22,181 nucleotides of DNA from Cyanobacteria bacterium P01_D01_bin.156. GTDB taxonomy: Bacteria; Cyanobacteriota; Cyanobacteriia; Phormidesmidales; Phormidesmidaceae. The notes beneath the pieces were generated by a model. That model searched no databases and had not been told where the DNA came from. It was given only the letters and a program-made list of their open reading frames with translations. Shown piece after piece: positions 16,169 through 22,181 of this stretch; within the stretch, counting starts at the first letter, position 1; each line of letters starts with the position of its first letter. The position numbers and the translations under genes are program-made. The stretch lies in contig JBCCQQ010000081.1 of NCBI GenBank assembly GCA_039024555.1, forward strand, positions 1-22,181, written 5' to 3'.

Positions 16169-16825
16169 ATGGCTACTAATGTCGTTGATCAACTCAAAGA
16201 AGTTGAATCACAACTTGCTGCTCAAATTTCAGCTTTAAATGAGCAAATCTCGGCTACTGAAGAAAAGCGCAAGGGACTACAGACTGTTATTGGTCTGTTT
16301 GAAGGAGGTGGTGATAGTAATGGTGTTGCCGCTAGTGTGGCTGAAATCTTAACCAGCGCTGTTTCTGAAGTTGAAGTAAGTGCTCCAGAAGAGCCTGCAC
16401 CTGCTAAAAAGCCTGGTAAACGTCGTGGCCGTAAGCCCTCGCTTAAGACAGTTGCTAAGGCTAAGGCTAAGGCTGCTGCTGCTCCTAAAGTTAAAGCGAC
16501 CAAGACTGTTGCTCCTAAGGTTGCTCCTGCCACTACTCGTAAGCCCCGAGGTGGTAAGTCTCCTAACTGGCAGCGTTATGTGCAAGATCCCTTCCGCAAG
16601 ACGCCCCTGCCTGACGTTGTTGCTAATATCCTGAAGGCTCAGCCTGATGAAGCCTTTAAGATTGCTGAAGTTATGGAAGCAATCTTCAAGAGTGATATGC
16701 CCAAGGCAACTTTCTTAAAGGCGCGTAATCGTGTGTCTAATATTTTGTCTGCTGGTGCTCGCACGAATGAATGGCATCGTGGACGTGGTGGTAAATACAG
16801 TATGAGTTCTAAGGCTCTGAAGTAG
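16169..16825 (+). CDS. Hypothetical basic protein: N-terminal coiled coil, K/A/P-rich histone-H1-like linker, C-terminal helical (winged-helix-like) domain; putative DNA-binding protein
   Basis: ATG 16169 preceded by GAGG (16154-16157); coiled coil VDQLKEVESQLAAQISALNEQISATEEKRKGL; KKPGKRRGRKP and AKAKAKAAAAPK; strongly biased codons (GCT/AAG/CCT/CGT); own terminator. Confidence 0.85.
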   Translation: MATNVVDQLKEVESQLAAQISALNEQISATEEKRKGLQTVIGLFEGGGDSNGVAASVAEILTSAVSEVEVSAPEEPAPAKKPGKRRGRKPSLKTVAKAKAKAAAAPKVKATKTVAPKVAPATTRKPRGGKSPNWQRYVQDPFRKTPLPDVVANILKAQPDEAFKIAEVMEAIFKSDMPKATFLKARNRVSNILSAGARTNEWHRGRGGKYSMSSKALK

Positions 16826-16893
16826 TTTCTAAGGCAACTTTGGGTTACTCATTTCCATAGGCTGGACGCATTCAGCTAGCTGTAACCGCATAG

Positions 16894-16941
16894 AAACCCT
16901 CAATAGAAGCGTTTAATAATGCTCCTATTGAGGGTTTTTTT
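16894..16941 (+). terminator. Rho-independent terminator
   Basis: AAACCCTCAATAG..CTATTGAGGGTTT stem (13 bp plus extension) ending in a run of 7 T. Confidence 0.85.
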
Positions 16942-17358
16942 GTGTCTCTTGTCTTATGCTGCGTTGCTATCGTCCCTATCTTTGCGCTGTGGGAATTATC
17001 GTCGTTACTACCCTGGACGCTCAGTTTCATGTTGTGGGTGTTCACCCTCATGGGCTCTGCGTATCTTTGCTGTTCTATGGAGGTGGTTTTAGCTTGCATT
17101 TGTAATTTGAGTACTGCTGCTCCTCGGGATGTTTTGATCTTCTGAATTTATGAGCTTTGGCCGGGTTTACAGAGCATTGCATCCTCTAAACCGGCACCGG
17201 CGTAATTGGATGTGTCCATAACGGCTGTACTGTTGTCATCCCTTTATGCTTGAGTCATAGTTTAAGTAATCTGGGAGCACTGAAAAGCGTAGTCATGGTT
17301 TTTACAAACTTGAACGGATACATCTACCGAGGGCAGGCGACTTAGCCTCGCTTGATAT

Positions 17359-18420
17359 ATGACTGATTTTTCAGTTGCTATTCGTCTTTACAATGGTGCT
17401 TCGGTTTTACCTGAAATTTTAAACGCACTTCAGTCCCAGGTATTTTTTACCGATGTCGACTGGGAAGTCATTATTGTTGATAATAATAGTGTTGATAATA
17501 CGGCTGAGATCGTTCGGCAGTATCAGCAGACGTGGAATGAATGCCCCTTAAGGTACGTGTTGGAAACTGAGCAGGGGGCATCTTTTGCCAGGCGACGGGC
17601 AATTCTAGAGGCCCAGGGAACCTGGATCGGTTTTTTGGATGATGACAATATTCCCGATCGTTACTGGGTGCAGTCGGCTTATGCATTTGGCTGTGTACAT
17701 CCCTATGCGGCTGCTTTTGGTAGTCAAATTCACCCCCTTTATGAGACCCCGCCTCCAGCAGATTTTGAACGGATTGCTCCATTTATCCCGATCGTGCAGC
17801 GGGATGAAGCGGTCTGTTTTACGACAGGTTGGCGGGCCGCTAGTAATTTAGTTCCTCCAGGAGCGGGGCTGATTATTCTGCGTCAGGCATGGTTGGACCA
17901 TGTACCCTATCCGCTTAAGCTGCAAGGACCTGTTGGCAAATCTTTGGCTGGTAAGGGAGAAGATGTGGAGGCACTGTTGTATTTGAAGAAAGCTGGTTGG
18001 GAGATATGGTTTAATCCCAATCAGCACATTGACCATCAAATTCCCAGTTGGCGTTTTGAACGTAGCTACTTATTACGCTTCTTTCATGGCATTGGTTTAA
18101 GCAAGTACACCACGCGTGTAGTGGGCCTTGTCATTTGGAAACGTCCTTTAGTACTGCTGTTATTTATGATTAATGATGGGCGTAAGCTTTTAGTTCACCT
18201 GTTTAGGCACTATCATCACCTACCGCAAGATGTGGTGGCTGCAGCCGAATTACAGTTATTGATCAGTAGTTTCTTGAGTCCTTTCTATGCCATTAAGCAG
18301 GGGCTGACCACATCTCGTGTGACTGCTCAGTACCCCAAAAAATCTCTGGCATCTGAATCCTTAGATAAGGGAATCGATAAAACAGCCGCTCTTTCTAGTT
18401 ATTCTCATGCTGAAGATTAG
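17359..18420 (+). CDS. hpsE: GT2 glycosyltransferase, hormogonium-polysaccharide HpsE type
   Basis: DFSVAI..YNG, WEVIIVDNNSVDNT, QGASFARRRAI, FLDDDN, PPGAGL, GEDVE and EIWFNP motifs. The GT2 call is firm; orthology versus paralogy to hpsE is not established. Confidence 0.75.
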   Translation: MTDFSVAIRLYNGASVLPEILNALQSQVFFTDVDWEVIIVDNNSVDNTAEIVRQYQQTWNECPLRYVLETEQGASFARRRAILEAQGTWIGFLDDDNIPDRYWVQSAYAFGCVHPYAAAFGSQIHPLYETPPPADFERIAPFIPIVQRDEAVCFTTGWRAASNLVPPGAGLIILRQAWLDHVPYPLKLQGPVGKSLAGKGEDVEALLYLKKAGWEIWFNPNQHIDHQIPSWRFERSYLLRFFHGIGLSKYTTRVVGLVIWKRPLVLLLFMINDGRKLLVHLFRHYHHLPQDVVAAAELQLLISSFLSPFYAIKQGLTTSRVTAQYPKKSLASESLDKGIDKTAALSSYSHAED

Positions 18421-18471
18421 TGATTTAGATGTGATTGTTGCTGATTGATAATGTGAGCTGAACGATATACG

Positions 18472-19659
18472 ATGTGGCATTCAAATGAACCTAGCTCAGG
18501 GAATGGCAGTGCCAGGGTTGTAATTTATCGAGATCAACTGTTACCGTACTCTGAAACATTCATTCTTGCTCAAACCAGCGGTCTATCAAAGTACCGTGCT
18601 GTTTATGCTGGCAGTAGTCGTTTGCATCGGACTATCGATGAGCGAGCCGCCATTGTTTTTGACGAACTTTCCAAGTTTGGACGATTTTGGAAAGGAGCGT
18701 ATAAGTTAGCAGGGATTGTTTCCCCTAGATGGTTGTCTGCTATCCGCGAGTATGGCCCTGACTTAGTTCATGCCCATTTTGCGAGTGATGGTGGTTTGGT
18801 ATTACCTCTGTGTAAGCGGTTGCATATCCCGCTTATTGTTACCTGCCATGGCTACGATGCAACCTGGCATACTCCCCCGTGGACGGCTGTTCGCACCCGT
18901 GGAGATTTTTTTAGAGCATTACTGCTGCGCAGGCGTGATCAGGCTCTACATCAGGCCCATCGTATCGTGGCAGTCTCTCAATTTATTCATGATCAGTTGC
19001 TGCTGAGGGGGGCATCTGCCGAGAGGATTGTGGTGCATTACATTGGTGTCGATCGACAACGATTTTCTTCAATCCCTATGGAGCGTCAGTCTGTAGTGTT
19101 GTTTGTGGGACGGCTGGTGGAGAAAAAAGGAGTAAAGTACTTGATTCAAGCGATGGCCTATGTGCAATGCCAGCTACCAGGGGTAAGGTTGGTGATAATT
19201 GGAGATGGACCACTGCGATCGCAACTCCAGACATTGGCCCACCAGCTCTCAATAAGTGTCCAATTCCTAGGGCAACAGTCTCCCGAACAAGTACGCCATT
19301 GGATGAATCGCGCCCAAGTCTTTTGCGGTCCCAGTATTATTGCTCGCTCTGGTGATGCGGAAGGATTTGGCATGGTCTTTGCCGAAGCTCAGGCTATGGG
19401 CTTGCCGGTGGTGAGTTTTGCCACTGGCGGGATTCCAGAGGCTGTGATTCATGGAGAAACGGGGTTGTTAGCCCCAGAAAAAGATGTAAACCAGTTAGCC
19501 AAAAACCTGCTCCGCCTCTTGGAGGATACTGAGCTGAGGCAACAGTTTGCTTTGGCTGGACAGGCCCACGTGGCAGCTAATTTTGACCTCCGCAAAAATA
19601 CGCAGCAATTAGAGGCGATTTATGACGATGTGGTAGCTCAGTACAGCCGCACAATTTAG
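18472..19659 (+). CDS. GT4 glycosyltransferase (WcaL/RfaB-like)
   Basis: SETFI, VHAHF, TCHGYD, FVGRLVEKKG, IIGDGPL, DAEGFGMVFAEAQAMGLPVV (E-X7-E) and GGIPEAV. Confidence 0.93.
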   Translation: MWHSNEPSSGNGSARVVIYRDQLLPYSETFILAQTSGLSKYRAVYAGSSRLHRTIDERAAIVFDELSKFGRFWKGAYKLAGIVSPRWLSAIREYGPDLVHAHFASDGGLVLPLCKRLHIPLIVTCHGYDATWHTPPWTAVRTRGDFFRALLLRRRDQALHQAHRIVAVSQFIHDQLLLRGASAERIVVHYIGVDRQRFSSIPMERQSVVLFVGRLVEKKGVKYLIQAMAYVQCQLPGVRLVIIGDGPLRSQLQTLAHQLSISVQFLGQQSPEQVRHWMNRAQVFCGPSIIARSGDAEGFGMVFAEAQAMGLPVVSFATGGIPEAVIHGETGLLAPEKDVNQLAKNLLRLLEDTELRQQFALAGQAHVAANFDLRKNTQQLEAIYDDVVAQYSRTI

Positions 19660-20082
19660 CCCGTATAAAACCTTAAAAGATAGTTAATGAACAGGACTAC
19701 GGCACCCATCCAACCGGATGTATGGGACTGCTCTACGTATAAAAAAGTATCCCCATAAAAATAATAACTTGCGCATTTAGTGCCATAGACGCTTCCTAGA
19801 GCCCTGAGTTTTCACCAGCTATGGACGGCTCAATCTACGAAATGCATGCTGTGGTTTAGCTAAGCAAAATAGTCTCAATTTTGGTCATATGGCTAATCTT
19901 GAGGGCATTTTGACAGTAGTTATTGATGAATGATTCCGCAGATGCCCGTAGTTGTTTTGAGATAGCTCTGGTGGTCAGTGTTTATGGTGCTGCTGCTGGT
20001 GAGTAGAAAACTAAACCGCACTCCTGGAACGGGGGCCGAGTGTGGTTTTGCCCTATTAACTTGGTTGGTGGACGGAAAATAG

Positions 20083-20847
20083 ATGTACCACTTTTATTTC
20101 CCGGTTTTTCAAAAGGAACGCTATCTTGTGCTGACCAGTTTTAAGGTTATGTACTCTTTTTTGAAGAGCCAAACGTCTCTAAAACGTATTCTCTGGAGCA
20201 AATACACCTTATCTGTTGCAATCAGTAACCGATTGCTGGGTTGCCCCACGGGAATACTGCTGTTTCGAGATCCAGAGACTCGCTTTCTATCGTACTTCCA
20301 TGACAAGTTTCGTAAAGCGCCAAGAAAAATGTTGGCAGAAAACCGTCTGCACCCAAAGGAATTGCAGCACTGTCAACGCCTATGGCTAAATTCTGTTGGT
20401 GTGAGTACTCACGATATGGTTGCCTGTTGTCAGGCTCTTTTGGAAACCCCTTTGGAGGCAGTACTGTCTTGGCTTCCGGAGCATTATCGTCAAGATCCCC
20501 ACACTCGCCCGCAGTTAGATTGTCTGTATGCTCAGAGGCATTGGATAAAGCTAAGCTTAAACATTAGTAGAGTCTTTTTAATTGAAAATCCAGCTGAGAT
20601 GCAGTTATTTGGCCAACTGTTAGAGATAGATACGTCCCGAAAAGTACATCAAACCCAAGATAAGCAGCGTGAACACACATTGGGGAAAACTGGACGAGCG
20701 ATGTTGAGGCAAATATATCCACTAGACTTTGAGCTATATCAACAGATTCGCCATACGTCTTTAAGGAAACGGTCCTCTGTTTTGCAATCTTTACTACGGA
20801 CTAATAGAAAAAACACCGTTGCTGATTTATGGGATGAATCGATCTAA
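20083..20847 (+). CDS. Sulfotransferase family 2 (PAPS-dependent carbohydrate sulfotransferase)-like protein
   Basis: FKVMYS (5'-PSB-like), FRDPETRFLSYFHDKF (3'-PB RxPxxRxxS), DPHTRPQ and C-terminal IYPLDFELY. Confidence 0.7.
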   Translation: MYHFYFPVFQKERYLVLTSFKVMYSFLKSQTSLKRILWSKYTLSVAISNRLLGCPTGILLFRDPETRFLSYFHDKFRKAPRKMLAENRLHPKELQHCQRLWLNSVGVSTHDMVACCQALLETPLEAVLSWLPEHYRQDPHTRPQLDCLYAQRHWIKLSLNISRVFLIENPAEMQLFGQLLEIDTSRKVHQTQDKQREHTLGKTGRAMLRQIYPLDFELYQQIRHTSLRKRSSVLQSLLRTNRKNTVADLWDESI

Positions 20848-20987
20848 CGACGCTTGCCTGTGCCAGACTCTTTCAGAAAAAATCATCCCGAGGCTCAGCA
20901 ACGCCGAAAAACTCTTCATAAACATTATTCAGATGTGTCATTTTCTCTAGGTGAGGATTGAGGCAATAGATTTTCTAAACCCCTTGT

Positions 20988-21953
20988 TCAAGAGTGATCG
21001 TTGGCGTTAAGGCTGTTCTTGATGCCTTTTAACTGACGCCGGAGATTGGGAACGTTAGCAATCAAATAATCTATCCGTCTACGCCAATCTTTGAACATTT
21101 GGGTCCGAGCCTCTGGAAAAATTGAAAATAACTGATGGACTGTGGCTAAATCTTCCGCCGTTGTTGCTCGGTAAGCGGCAATAGTGGCATAGGTAATTAA
21201 AATACTCTCTAGAATCGGACGATAGTTCTGAGGGCAGTTATTTCTAATGGGCTCTGGTTCCAATAGCATAGGCCACGGGGGCCGTATGTGGTTCCAAATA
21301 GCTAAATCTGAGGCTTCGGTGTGATACCACATAAGAGGTTGTAAATCTCGATAAATGGGGTAGTTGAGAATGATCTGTAGCCACAGATAAATGTCTTCGC
21401 CATAGGTACAGCGGTTCTTAGCGTAAAAACCACCAAAGCGATTAACAACGTTGCGATCGCATAAAATAGCTCCTGAATGTAGTACATCAATACTAGGTTT
21501 GTGTTGTTTAGAGGGCAGCAGGGTAGGAAGCCTCCACCAGCCAGTGGTGATTCCTAACGATGACAGCACCTGACTCCAATTCGCACGATGTTGCCCACGA
21601 TACTGTCCCGTAACACAGAGAGCACAGTCGGGATGTTGTTTCAGGTGGTTGAGGGTGGTTTCTAAAAAGTTGGGAAGCCACTCGTCATCTGCATCTAAAA
21701 ATGCTATGTAGTTCCCGTTGGCTAGAGCCAATCCTCGATTACGTGCAGCGCCTGGCCCTTGATTTGCTTGATGCACTAGACGGATACGGGAATCATCAAT
21801 GCCACTCACAATGGTTCTACCATCATCCGTAGAACCGTCATCCACAACAATGACTTCAAAATCTGCCATTGTTTGCGCCAAAATAGAATCCACCGTACGG
21901 CGCACAAATTTGGCCTTATTGTAAAGAGGAACAATGACGCTGACGTGGGTCAT
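20988..21953 (-). CDS. GT2 glycosyltransferase
   Basis: VSVIVPLYNK, VVDDGSTD, NQGPGAARNRG, AFLDADD and GED..LW motifs. Confidence 0.93.
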   Translation of the reverse strand: MTHVSVIVPLYNKAKFVRRTVDSILAQTMADFEVIVVDDGSTDDGRTIVSGIDDSRIRLVHQANQGPGAARNRGLALANGNYIAFLDADDEWLPNFLETTLNHLKQHPDCALCVTGQYRGQHRANWSQVLSSLGITTGWWRLPTLLPSKQHKPSIDVLHSGAILCDRNVVNRFGGFYAKNRCTYGEDIYLWLQIILNYPIYRDLQPLMWYHTEASDLAIWNHIRPPWPMLLEPEPIRNNCPQNYRPILESILITYATIAAYRATTAEDLATVHQLFSIFPEARTQMFKDWRRRIDYLIANVPNLRRQLKGIKNSLNANDHS

Positions 21954-22115
21954 GGTTGTTTTACGAGGATCTTGAGTAACTATAAGTTAATGTGTTGTGG
22001 ATACTCAGGATATTTTCCCTGAGAAATTTTGGTTATTTACTTAGGGTTTGCTGAAAAACTGAATAGAAATCTCAGGGGTTATCCCATCGCCCAGACAGGG
22101 TCAGTAGTCCCTTTC

Positions 22116-22181
22116 CTAGAGGCAAGGATTTTCAGCCAGTCCTTGCATAGCGTTTCTGTAAAGGGACACATATTCGTCTGA
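22116..22181 (-). CDS. C-terminus of a gene entering from beyond the window, possibly a GT4 glycosyltransferase
   Basis: Minus-strand frame SDEYVSLYRNAMQGLAENPCL* resembles the terminal 'Y..LY' helix of GT4 enzymes and sits in a glycosyltransferase context; only 21 codons are visible. Confidence 0.4.
   Translation of the reverse strand, partial: SDEYVSLYRNAMQGLAENPCL

Noticed and set aside
16872..17145. Overlapping 67-aa hydrophobic (+) and 75-aa (-) ORFs as a small membrane protein or type I toxin-antitoxin pair
   Set aside because: The + ORF starts with GTG right after a terminator T-tract with no RBS, and the - ORF runs through the terminator. The hydrophobicity is explained by T-richness; cannot be fully excluded without Ribo-seq.
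1..22181. tRNA, rRNA, CRISPR array, prophage or defence genes
   Set aside because: None recognised by eye; a small structured RNA could have been missed

Overview
Cyanobacterial chromosomal DNA, probably from a filamentous strain: at least 8 HIP1 GCGATCGC sites, two pentapeptide-repeat genes, and cruP-like, DUF3598-like and hpsE-like genes. The window opens with the 3' end and right terminal repeat of an IS256-family element (missed by the ORF track) abutting a truncated TPR gene, followed by a GTAG-type REP/REPIN-like palindrome. Next come a membrane-anchored 29-residue-repeat coiled-coil/TPR protein, a pentapeptide protein, a stand-alone SagB/ThcOx-type flavin dehydrogenase and a beta-hydroxyacid dehydrogenase. 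The most interesting block is 6784-9451: an FGE-sulfatase-fold (SUMF1/EgtB/PvdO) lipoprotein with a non-canonical active-site loop lies directly upstream of a 72-aa lipoprotein carrying eight Pro-Cys-Ala repeats, next to a thiol-dioxygenase-like cupin and cutA. This is a candidate periplasmic thiol/metal or RiPP-like peptide-modification system. After that come DUF2834-like, DUF3598-like, cruP, SirB1-like and hisA genes, a lysine-rich coiled-coil/winged-helix-like protein that may be a nucleoid-associated protein, and the edge of a polysaccharide locus (HpsE-type GT2, GT4, sulfotransferase-like, GT2). All family calls come from motif recognition; no database searches were run.
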